Source: Planctomycetota bacterium
GTDB lineage: Bacteria; Planctomycetota; UBA8108; SXIK01
DNA: 64,000 nt
Direction: 5' to 3'
Assembly: GCA_965223845.1 (NCBI GenBank)
Contig: CBDCXR010000004.1
Span: 4,960,001-5,024,000 of the forward strand
The translations under genes were made by a program, and so were the position numbers. Below the pieces are notes generated by a model. It had not been told where the DNA came from, searched no databases, and saw only the letters and a list, made by a program, of their open reading frames with translations. The first letter of the stretch is position 1; every line of letters starts with the position of its first letter. Positions 41,154 to 49,563 of this stretch are shown one piece after another.

Positions 41154-43235
41154 TCACCGCCCGAGCATCTCCGAAAAGCGATGGATCGCGGGCTCGAGCT
41201 CCTGTCGATCGGTGAGAACGGCGGCGAACAGCTCGCCGCGATGCGCGATGCGCCGTGCCATCGTCTCGAGGCTGAAGTCTTCGCGCCGGAGCTTCGAGTC
41301 GAGCTCGTCCCACTCGAGCGGCGCGGACACCGTCGCCGCCTCGACCGGCCGGACGACGTACGGCGGCACGACCGTCTGCCCGCGGCGGTTCTGCAGGTAG
41401 TCGATGTACACCTTGCCCCCGCGACGGGCCTTCACTCGCTCGACCGTACAGAGATCGCTTCGCTCGGAGGCTATGTGCCGCGCGACGCCTTCGGCGAACA
41501 TCCGCGTCTGCTCGTAGGAATAGCGCGCGACGAGCGGAACGAACACATGGACTCCGCTCGCGCCCGACGTCTTCACGTACGGCCTGAGTCCGATCCCACG
41601 CAGCACTCGACCGACGCGCTGAGCGACTCGGACGACGAGCGAAAACTCGGCACCGTTGGGATCGAGGTCGAACACGATCCAGTCCGGCACATCGAGGCTG
41701 CCGACGCTCGACAGCCACGGGTGAAGATCGATGCTGCCGAGATTGACGAGGTACGCGAGCGTCTCGCGATCGTCGCACACCGGATATCGCACCGGCTCGC
41801 CGTCCGCGTCGATGACGGTCTCCGTACGAACCCACACGGGCGCCGTGTCGGGGAGATTGTGGTGATAGAACGACTTTCCGTCGATCCCGTCCGGAAAGCG
41901 CCGGAGGTGACAAGGGCGACCCCGAAGGTGCGGGAGGAGCGCGTCGGCGACATCGTGGTAATAGTCGAGAAGATCTCCCTTCGTGCATCCGCGCGAAGGA
42001 AAATAGATTTTCTGTCGATGCGTGAATCGAACGCGACCGAACTCGCTCTTGCGAGTACCCGAAGCAGCGCGGAGAACGTCGAGGGCGCTTCCCGAGATCG
42101 GCTCTCGACCGGGAAGCTCGATGCGTCGCCACGTCGGCGATGTACCGTGCACGTACGGACTCGCCGCGCATTTCGCGATCACGCCGCCGAGCCCGGCGGT
42201 TGCGACCGATCGAGCGAAGGATCCACCCTCGGCGCGCACCGACTCGACGAACGAGATCGCCCGCGAGCGGGGTACGATCGATCGGAGGATCTGCCGTCGT
42301 TCATAGAGGGTCAGCTTCTCGACGTTCCACCGGTCGTACTGAACGATGTCGAAAGCGCAGAGGGTGAGTTCATCTCCCGTGTCCTCGGCGAGCCTCCGTT
42401 CGAGTCGAGCACGCGAGGGGCGGGAGTCGTCGTCGAGGCACACGAGGACTCCGTCGAGAGCCGCAGTCCGTGCGCGCAGCTTTCGCAGCGAAGCGAGAAC
42501 GGAGTCGGTCTTTCCTTCGACCGCGCGGCCGCTCGAGTCGCGAAGTCGCACGTCCTCGCCGCGCTTGAGCGCAGAAACTCGCATGCCGGCGAACTCAATC
42601 TCGAAGAGCCACTCGTGATCCGTGAACGGGGGCGTCGTCGCTTCGGGCTCCATGGGAACCAGCCGCCGCGGGAACTCGCGCGCAGGAGCGCGCCCGAAGT
42701 CGACCCCGAATGGATACGGCGGATCATCGGCGTCGCGCTCGTAGACATCGCGCCCCTTGATGAGAAGCCACTCCTTGGGATTCCTCGAGGTACGAACGAG
42801 ATGCCACTCGCCGCGGAGACGCTCACCGTCGAACTCGACGACGAGCTTGCCCGCGTCGGCGCCCTCCTCCACCGTGCCTCCTTCGAGCACGCGGTAGACG
42901 CCCTTGTCCCAAATCGTCATCGTTCCGGCGCCGTACTCGCCCTCGGGAATCACGCCGTCGAAGTCGACGTATTCGATGGGATGGTCTTCCGTGCGAACCG
43001 CGAGCCGCTTGTCTTCGCGTGAGTAGCTGAATCCGCGCGGGACGGCCCACGACTTCAGCACCCCACCGGATTCGAGGCGGAGATCGTAGTGGACGTGCGT
43101 CGCTTCGTGGCGATGGACGACGAAGACCTGCGCCTCCGAAGTGGCGCGCGTCGCTCGAGAGCCGGTCCGAGCACTCGGCTCGGGCGTCTTTCGAAAATCC
43201 CGCTTTCGCCGATATTCACTGAGGTCGTCGGACAT
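41154..43235 (-). CDS. ligD: LigD-like NHEJ protein: 3'-phosphoesterase + degenerate ligase domain + primase-polymerase
   Basis: LSEYRRKRDF.KTPEP, HYDLRLE, SWAVPRG and EDHPIEY (phosphoesterase). RFPDGI, FDLDP, KTSG.SGVH and YIDYLQN (polymerase). The central ligase-like domain has EIEFAGMR in place of ExKxDGxR. Confidence 0.92.
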   Translation of the reverse strand: MSDDLSEYRRKRDFRKTPEPSARTGSRATRATSEAQVFVVHRHEATHVHYDLRLESGGVLKSWAVPRGFSYSREDKRLAVRTEDHPIEYVDFDGVIPEGEYGAGTMTIWDKGVYRVLEGGTVEEGADAGKLVVEFDGERLRGEWHLVRTSRNPKEWLLIKGRDVYERDADDPPYPFGVDFGRAPAREFPRRLVPMEPEATTPPFTDHEWLFEIEFAGMRVSALKRGEDVRLRDSSGRAVEGKTDSVLASLRKLRARTAALDGVLVCLDDDSRPSRARLERRLAEDTGDELTLCAFDIVQYDRWNVEKLTLYERRQILRSIVPRSRAISFVESVRAEGGSFARSVATAGLGGVIAKCAASPYVHGTSPTWRRIELPGREPISGSALDVLRAASGTRKSEFGRVRFTHRQKIYFPSRGCTKGDLLDYYHDVADALLPHLRGRPCHLRRFPDGIDGKSFYHHNLPDTAPVWVRTETVIDADGEPVRYPVCDDRETLAYLVNLGSIDLHPWLSSVGSLDVPDWIVFDLDPNGAEFSLVVRVAQRVGRVLRGIGLRPYVKTSGASGVHVFVPLVARYSYEQTRMFAEGVARHIASERSDLCTVERVKARRGGKVYIDYLQNRRGQTVVPPYVVRPVEAATVSAPLEWDELDSKLRREDFSLETMARRIAHRGELFAAVLTDRQELEPAIHRFSEMLGR

Positions 43236-43528
43236 CCGGTTCGCTCTCCCTCGAGTCACCGCGAACGATCGTACCGCGGAACCGGCCGGAACGAGCCCCC
43301 GCCGCTCCACGAGTTATCGGACGCAGTGCGGCCACTCTCGTTCACTTCACCGAGATTCACACAACGCGCGGGGGGTCACCGGCCGATATTCCCGTCCAGG
43401 AACCGAACCACGCGAAGCTAGCGGGCGCAAAATTGTTAGAGGCCCTCGCACCGAGCGGGTAGGTTCGAATCGGTCGGGCGCACGACGCGCGAAACCTCAG
43501 GACGCCAGCGAGAGAGAGGGTTTCCAAT

Positions 43529-44422
43529 ATGGCTCCGCGTTCGAGCTGGAAGGGATTCATCCGGCTCAGTCTCGTCTCGATCCCCGTAAAGGCGTACACC
43601 GCGAATGCGACGGGATCCGAGATTCGGCTGAATCAACTGCACCGCGACTGCAACAGCCCGATCAAGTACCGCAAGGTCTGCCCAGCGCACGGTGAGCTCG
43701 ACGCCGAGTCGATCGTCTCCGGCTACCAGTACTCGAAGGGCCAGTACGTCGTCATCGATCCGAAGGAGATCGAGCAGCTCCGCACGGAGAGCGACAAGGC
43801 GATTGCGATCGACGGCTTCGTCGAGCGCGGCGCGATCGACGCGCGTTACTTCGCGGGCAAGAATCACTACCTCGTTCCCGATGGGCCCGTCGGGCAGAAG
43901 GCGTACGTGCTCCTTCAGAGAGTGATGGACGAAAAGGGGCTCCACGCGATCGCTCAGGTGGTTCTCTCCGGCAAGGAACAACTCGTCGCACTCCGCACGG
44001 TTGGACGGCTCCTCGTGATGACCGGACTCTCGTACGAGAGTCAAGTGAAGCGGCCCGATCTCTTCGAGGACGAAGTCGTCGACGTCGACGTCTCTCGCGA
44101 CGAGCTCAAGCTGACCGAGAACCTCGTCGACGCGACCACGTTCGCCGAGCTCGATCTCGCGAAGTACAAGGACGTCTACGTCGAGAAGTTGACCCAGCTC
44201 ATCGAGGCGAAGGTCGAAGGGAAAGAGATCGTCGCCGCGCCGGACACTGAAGAGCCCAAGGTGATCGAGCTCATGGAGGCCCTGAAGCGAAGCGTCGCGG
44301 ACGCGGCGGCGCAGACGCCGGCCGGAGGCACACCGGCGAAGAAGTCCAAGGCGAAGAAGAAGATGGCGCCGAGCGCCGGCTCAAAGCGGCAAGCCGCGAA
44401 GAAGAAGCGAAAGACGAGCTGA
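43529..44422 (+). CDS. ku: Non-homologous end-joining protein Ku
   Basis: RSSWKGFIRLSLVSIPVK, LNQLH, IVSGYQY, YKDVY and VIELMEALKRS; Lys-rich tail. Confidence 0.96.
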   Translation: MAPRSSWKGFIRLSLVSIPVKAYTANATGSEIRLNQLHRDCNSPIKYRKVCPAHGELDAESIVSGYQYSKGQYVVIDPKEIEQLRTESDKAIAIDGFVERGAIDARYFAGKNHYLVPDGPVGQKAYVLLQRVMDEKGLHAIAQVVLSGKEQLVALRTVGRLLVMTGLSYESQVKRPDLFEDEVVDVDVSRDELKLTENLVDATTFAELDLAKYKDVYVEKLTQLIEAKVEGKEIVAAPDTEEPKVIELMEALKRSVADAAAQTPAGGTPAKKSKAKKKMAPSAGSKRQAAKKKRKTS

Positions 44423-44512
44423 TGCGGCGCTGCGATTCCGAGGTCGGACGCGAGCCACTCGCGCGCGGCCACGCCGTTTGACGTCCGAACGAAGATCGAT
44501 CGACTGCCGCCG

Positions 44513-45430
44513 ATGTCCGCGCGGGAATCTCTCCCATCGTTCGTTCCTCCGATGCTCGCCTCTTCCGGCGAGCCCTTCGACGGTGAAGATTGGTTCTTCG
44601 AGGTCAAGTGGGATGGAATGCGCGCGCTCGCCTTCGTCGAAACCGACTCCGTTCGGATCGTGAACCGGCAGCGGCGCGACGCCACGCTGCGCTATCCGGA
44701 GCTCGCTCCGTTCTGCGAGCTGCCGCCGGGATCCGTCATCGACGGCGAAATCGTCGTCTTGCGGAGCGGGAAACCCGATTTCGAGCGTCTCGTCTCGCGC
44801 GAGCAGGCTCGCTCCGCCCGGCGCGCGCGAATCGCCGCCCAAACGAATCCGGCGACGTTCATCGCGTTCGATCTCCTCTACGAGAAGTTCGTTCCGATCC
44901 AGTCGCGAGCACTCCGCGAACGACGCGAGCGGCTTCGTACCCTGCTCGAGAGCGCGAAGGTCGATCCCGTAGTGCTCTCCGATGGAGTGGAGGCAGAAGG
45001 CCGAGCGTTCTTCGACGGAGTCTGCGAACGCGGCCTCGAAGGTGTCGTCGCGAAGCGACTCGAGAGCCGTTACACGCCGGGAGTCCGCAGTCCGCACTGG
45101 ATCAAGATCAAGCGCCGCCACCAGCTCTGTTGTGCGGTGATCGGCTACCTGGCCGAAGGCGACGATGTGAGGAGTCTCGTCATCGCAGCGGACACCGACG
45201 GCGGACTCGCGTACGTCGGACGCGTCGGCAGCGGGATCGACGAAGCCACGCGCGCTCGGCTCCTCGAGGAGCTCGCGCGCCGCCCGGCCGAGCAGCCGAT
45301 CGTCGAGTGCCCGATCGCGGCGCGCTGGGTCGCTCCGGGCGTCTACTGTACCGTCGATTACCTCGAGATCAGCAAGAGCGGAAAGCTGCGGGGGCCGGTG
45401 TTTCGCTCACTCGTCATCGACGGCGATTGA
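44513..45430 (+). CDS. Stand-alone ATP-dependent DNA ligase (LigD-LIG/LigC-like)
   Basis: PPMLA, EVKWDGMR (motif I Lys), IDGEIV, AFDLL, GLEGVVAK and WIKIK; OB-fold YVGRVGSG and GKLRGPVF. Confidence 0.93.
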   Translation: MSARESLPSFVPPMLASSGEPFDGEDWFFEVKWDGMRALAFVETDSVRIVNRQRRDATLRYPELAPFCELPPGSVIDGEIVVLRSGKPDFERLVSREQARSARRARIAAQTNPATFIAFDLLYEKFVPIQSRALRERRERLRTLLESAKVDPVVLSDGVEAEGRAFFDGVCERGLEGVVAKRLESRYTPGVRSPHWIKIKRRHQLCCAVIGYLAEGDDVRSLVIAADTDGGLAYVGRVGSGIDEATRARLLEELARRPAEQPIVECPIAARWVAPGVYCTVDYLEISKSGKLRGPVFRSLVIDGD

Positions 45431-45559
45431 GGGGAACGAGTCGGAGAGTTCCCGCGCGAGAGTTGCAAAACCGACGACGAGGTTCCAGGCTCTCCCGTAC
45501 GAAAAGTGCGGCCGGGGGGACCGACCGCAGGCTCGAATCGGGTGACGGCAGCGGAGACG

Positions 45560-46771
45560 ATGAAAGACTACGTCCCGGTCGAAAGGCGGCTCGCCGGCCT
45601 CGAGTTCGCATTCACCGGCCGACTGGCGTCGATGACGCAATCCGAAGCCGAGCGCGTCGTCGTGGCGCACGGTGGGCGTTGCGTTCAGCTCCCCGGCCGA
45701 CGGACTCGATTCCTCGTCGTAGGGGGAGAGGGTCCGCCCATCGGACGCGACGGCAACGTCAGCCGAAAACTCTCTCGCGCACGCGAGCTCGAGGCGGAGG
45801 GACTCTCGATCGAGATCCTTCCCGAAACCGAATTCCTGCGGAAGCTCGATCTCGAGAGCCGCGATGAACGCGTCCGCCAACTCTTTACGACCGCTCAGAT
45901 CACGAGGCTCCTGGGCGTTCCTCGCGACACCGTGCGACGGTGGGTTCGCCTCGGCATCCTGCGTCCGGCGGTAACCGTCCACCGTCTCGCGTACTTCGAG
46001 TTCGCGCAAGTAGCGAGCGCGCGGGCCCTCTGCGCGCTCCTTCAAGAGAATGTCCCGCTTCACCGGATTCGCCGGAGCCTCGAACAGCTGCGCGACTGGA
46101 TGCCCGACATAGAGAACCCGCTCGCGCAATTGAGCCTCCTCCACCACGATCGAGAGCTCCTCCTTCGTCTCGAGTCGGGAGACATCGCGGACACGAGCGG
46201 TCAGCTCTATTTCCCGTTCGACGAATTTCAACCCGGCGATCATTCGCCATCGTCCTCGCCGCGAGACGCGGAACGATCCCGTCGCGCCGAGCAGATCCTC
46301 ACGCCGATCGGTCCGGCGGCCGCGGGCCAGAGCGATTTCGAGCGCGGTCTCGCTCGCGAGGACGTCGGTGACCTCGACGGTGCGGCTGCCGCGTACGAAG
46401 AAGCGCTGACCGCGGGGGGCGCGAAACCGGAGGTTCACTTCAACCTCGGAAACGTGCGCTACGAGCAGGGTGATCGCGCCGCCGCGGCCGAACAGTACCG
46501 TGCGGCGCTCGAGCTCGATCCCGAATACGTAGAGACTTGGAACAATCTCGGAAACACGCTTTCGGAGTTGGGACGAACCGCAGAGGCCGTAGTCGCGTAC
46601 CGCGAAGCCCTCCGACTCGCGCCCGAGTACGCCGACGTTCATTTCAATCTCGCGGAGCTTCTCTACGAAAGCGGTGACGACGCTGAGGCACGGTCTCACT
46701 GGCGCACGTACCTCCGCTACGATCAACACAGCGAATGGGCCGCTCTGGCTCGACGGCGGCTCGAGGAGTGA
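45560..46771 (+). CDS. BRCT + MerR-like HTH + TPR protein
   Basis: LAGLEFAFTGRL...HGG...TRFLVVG...KLSRAREL...ILPETEF (BRCT). FTTAQITRLLGVPRDTVRRWVRLGILRP (HTH). VHFNLGNV, TWNNLGNT and VHFNLAEL (TPRs). GGAG upstream of ATG 45560. Confidence 0.88.
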   Translation: MKDYVPVERRLAGLEFAFTGRLASMTQSEAERVVVAHGGRCVQLPGRRTRFLVVGGEGPPIGRDGNVSRKLSRARELEAEGLSIEILPETEFLRKLDLESRDERVRQLFTTAQITRLLGVPRDTVRRWVRLGILRPAVTVHRLAYFEFAQVASARALCALLQENVPLHRIRRSLEQLRDWMPDIENPLAQLSLLHHDRELLLRLESGDIADTSGQLYFPFDEFQPGDHSPSSSPRDAERSRRAEQILTPIGPAAAGQSDFERGLAREDVGDLDGAAAAYEEALTAGGAKPEVHFNLGNVRYEQGDRAAAAEQYRAALELDPEYVETWNNLGNTLSELGRTAEAVVAYREALRLAPEYADVHFNLAELLYESGDDAEARSHWRTYLRYDQHSEWAALARRRLEE

Positions 46772-47053
46772 GCCCGCGATCGATTCCGGACCCGAGACTA
46801 TGATGCGTGGTCGCGGTCCACCGTGAAGGTCCACGCACCCGCGGTGCGCGCGACGAATCGATGAATGACGACCTTACAATCGCCGATTCGAGCGCGGAGA
46901 CGAGGTCGCGTGCTGTCACCGGGGACGAGTTTCGCGCCGTCGCGATCGGGTCCGAAGCAACGCTCGCATCGTCTCCGACTCTCGATCAAAATGGGCGGCT
47001 GCGTTCGACACCTACCGCGCGAACGATTCAGCCCGCCGATCAAGGAAAGACTC

Positions 47054-49537
47054 ATGCCTCGATTCTCCGTCCGCGTAGCGCCCCGGCTCGCCGTCGCGCT
47101 CACTCTCTCGTCGATCGCGTTGTTTTCGCCGGCGCATTCGGAAGAAGCCGGTGAGGGACCATGGTGGAGCGAGCGCGCGGACACCACGCTCGCCGGCGCG
47201 GGCGAAAACGCTGAGCAACTCCGAGAGGCTCTCGGCCGCGTGCCCGCCGAGCAGCGGCCGGGAATGCAGTTCATCGTCGAGAACATGCCGAAGTCGGACG
47301 CCGCCGAGCTCTCCGCCGAGTTTCTCCTCGAGAACGTCGCGCTCGCGTACAAAGCCCGCGCCGAGATGCCCTGGGGGAAAACCGTGCCGGAGGACATTTT
47401 TCTGAACGACGTCCTCCCCTACGTCAACGTGAGCGAAACGCGGGAGGCGTGGCGAAAGGACTTCTTCGAGCGATTCCGGCCGGTCGTCGAAGACTGCAAG
47501 ACGGCGGCGGAGGCCGCGCAGCGGCTCAACGAAAAGATGTTCGGGATCATCGGGGTCAAGTACTCCACGAAGCGACGGCGAGCGGACCAAAGTCCGTCGG
47601 AGAGCATCGAGATCGGCATGGCGTCGTGCACGGGACTCTCGATTCTCCTCGTCGACGCGTGCCGCGCGGTCGGAATCCCGGCGCGCGTCGTCGGGATTCC
47701 GCGCTGGCCGAACAAGCGCGGGAATCACACGTGGGCCGAGATCTGGGACGGGTCGTGGCACTTCACCGGGGCGTGCGAACCGAATCCTCGCGGTCTCAAT
47801 CACACCTGGTTTCAGAAGGACGCGGCCCTCGCACAAAAGGACAATCCGCGTCACGCGATTTGGGCGGCGAGCTTTCGCCGGACGGAGACGCCGTTCCCGA
47901 TGGTGTGGTCGCGCGACGCCGATCGGGTGAGTGCCGTCAACGTGACCGATCGGTACGCCAAGAAGGCCGTCGTCCCCGAGGGATTCGTTCGGCTTTTGGT
48001 GAACGTCTACGACCGCGCGGGCGGGGAGCGCATCGCCGCGAAGGTCAGCGTCGCGCCGGCAGAAGGCGAGCCGGAGGCGGTCCGTCGCGACACGAAGAGC
48101 GGGACCAGCCGCGACGTAGGAGCGGATACGAACGACATCCTCGGGTTCGAAGTTCCGAAGGAGCGGCGCTACATCGTCCGCGCGGAAGCGGGCGATCGGC
48201 GGGGCGAGAGGGAGGTCGAGATCGAATCGAGCCAGAAGACCGTGTCGCTGGTGCTCGCGGGCGACCCGACGGTGGGCGAAGACGCCGCTCCAGATCCCGC
48301 TCCCAGCGCGAAACTTCCACCGGCGCGCCGAGCCGCGCTTCGGTCGGCGCTGGACGCGTACTTCGCGGCGGACGCGAACGCGCGCGAAAAGCACGCCTTT
48401 GCCGACGATCTCGAGTCGATCCTCCGCGAGGACGACGCCGCAGCACGCAGCGTGGCGTGGGAAGCGTACCGGGAAGCGGACCTCCACGCCGAAGCGAAGC
48501 AGAACTTTAAGGAAAACGTCGTGCGGTGGAAGGAGTACGAGAGTCCCTACGTCGTCCGCTCCGTCGGCACGAAGCCTGATGCGGGGTGGCCGCTCTTCAT
48601 CGCGATGCACGGCGGCGGAGGAACGGCTCAGCGGATCAACGACCAGCAATGGCGCGTCATGCAGCGGTATTATCGCGATCAGGACTCGGTCCCGGGCTAT
48701 CTGTACCTCGCGCTTCGGGCGCCGAACAACAAGTGGAATGGCTTCTACGACGACTACGTCTATCCGCTCGTCACCAATCTGATCCGTCAGTTCCTCCTCT
48801 TCGGCGATGTCGACCCCGACAAAGTCTTCATCATGGGTTACTCCCACGGCGGGTACGGTGCGTTCGCGATCGGACCGAAGATTCCGTACCGCTTCGCGGC
48901 GATTCACAGCTCGGCGGCGGCGCCGACGGACGGTGAAACCTCAGCGAAAACGCTGCGCACGACGGTATTCACCTACATGATCGGCGAGCGCGACCTCCGC
49001 TACGGCCGGCTGAAACGATGTCAGGCATTCGACGAGCTCATCACGAAGCTCCGTGGCGAGCGCTCGGACATCTATCCAGTTACGATGGAGTACAAGGAAG
49101 GCTTCGGGCACGGCGGCCTTCCCGACCGCGACAAGATCCGCGACATGTACTCGGCGAAGAGGAACGCATCGCCCCGGGAGATCACGTGGGAGATGACCGA
49201 CACCGTCGTCCGTGATTTCTTCTGGCTCGCCGTCCCCGATCCCGCGAAGAAGAAGGAGATCGACGCCGCAATCAAGAAGAACGCCGTCGAGGTGACAACG
49301 ACGAACGTGGCGGCATTCGCGCTCCTTCTCGACGCGCGGCTCGTCGACTTCGAGCGTCCGATTCAGGTCAAGCTCAACGGCGAGAAGCGAACCGTCGAAG
49401 CGAAGCCGAGCCTGCGAACGCTCTGCGACTCCCTTCTCGAGCGCGGTGACCCGCAACTCGCGTACACCGCTCGAGTGTCCTTCGAAGTCGCGCCGACCGA
49501 AGTTGCGCCGACGGCTTCGTCGACCGGCAGCGACTAG
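47054..49537 (+). CDS. Secreted transglutaminase-like domain + alpha/beta-hydrolase fusion
   Basis: Signal peptide; ASCTGLS...GIPARVVG...GNHTWAEIWD (transglutaminase-like Cys/His/Asp); LFIAMHGGG, MGYSHGG (GxSxG) and GHGG. Confidence 0.85.
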   Translation: MPRFSVRVAPRLAVALTLSSIALFSPAHSEEAGEGPWWSERADTTLAGAGENAEQLREALGRVPAEQRPGMQFIVENMPKSDAAELSAEFLLENVALAYKARAEMPWGKTVPEDIFLNDVLPYVNVSETREAWRKDFFERFRPVVEDCKTAAEAAQRLNEKMFGIIGVKYSTKRRRADQSPSESIEIGMASCTGLSILLVDACRAVGIPARVVGIPRWPNKRGNHTWAEIWDGSWHFTGACEPNPRGLNHTWFQKDAALAQKDNPRHAIWAASFRRTETPFPMVWSRDADRVSAVNVTDRYAKKAVVPEGFVRLLVNVYDRAGGERIAAKVSVAPAEGEPEAVRRDTKSGTSRDVGADTNDILGFEVPKERRYIVRAEAGDRRGEREVEIESSQKTVSLVLAGDPTVGEDAAPDPAPSAKLPPARRAALRSALDAYFAADANAREKHAFADDLESILREDDAAARSVAWEAYREADLHAEAKQNFKENVVRWKEYESPYVVRSVGTKPDAGWPLFIAMHGGGGTAQRINDQQWRVMQRYYRDQDSVPGYLYLALRAPNNKWNGFYDDYVYPLVTNLIRQFLLFGDVDPDKVFIMGYSHGGYGAFAIGPKIPYRFAAIHSSAAAPTDGETSAKTLRTTVFTYMIGERDLRYGRLKRCQAFDELITKLRGERSDIYPVTMEYKEGFGHGGLPDRDKIRDMYSAKRNASPREITWEMTDTVVRDFFWLAVPDPAKKKEIDAAIKKNAVEVTTTNVAAFALLLDARLVDFERPIQVKLNGEKRTVEAKPSLRTLCDSLLERGDPQLAYTARVSFEVAPTEVAPTASSTGSD

Positions 49538-49563
49538 CGCGACTGAGCGACCGTGCCTCCGCG

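Noticed and set aside
43455-43475. GGTTCGAATC, resembling a tRNA T-loop, between ligD and ku
   Set aside because: The T-stem does not pair, and there is no acceptor stem, anticodon arm or CCA.
43236-43528. SOS/LexA-type or MerR operator in the ligD-ku intergenic region
   Set aside because: I could not identify a convincing palindrome by eye; a motif search across orthologous regions is needed.
45432-45453. GGGAAC...GTTCCC hairpin after the ligase gene
   Set aside because: Only 6 bp with no U-tract, which is insufficient to call a terminator or operator.
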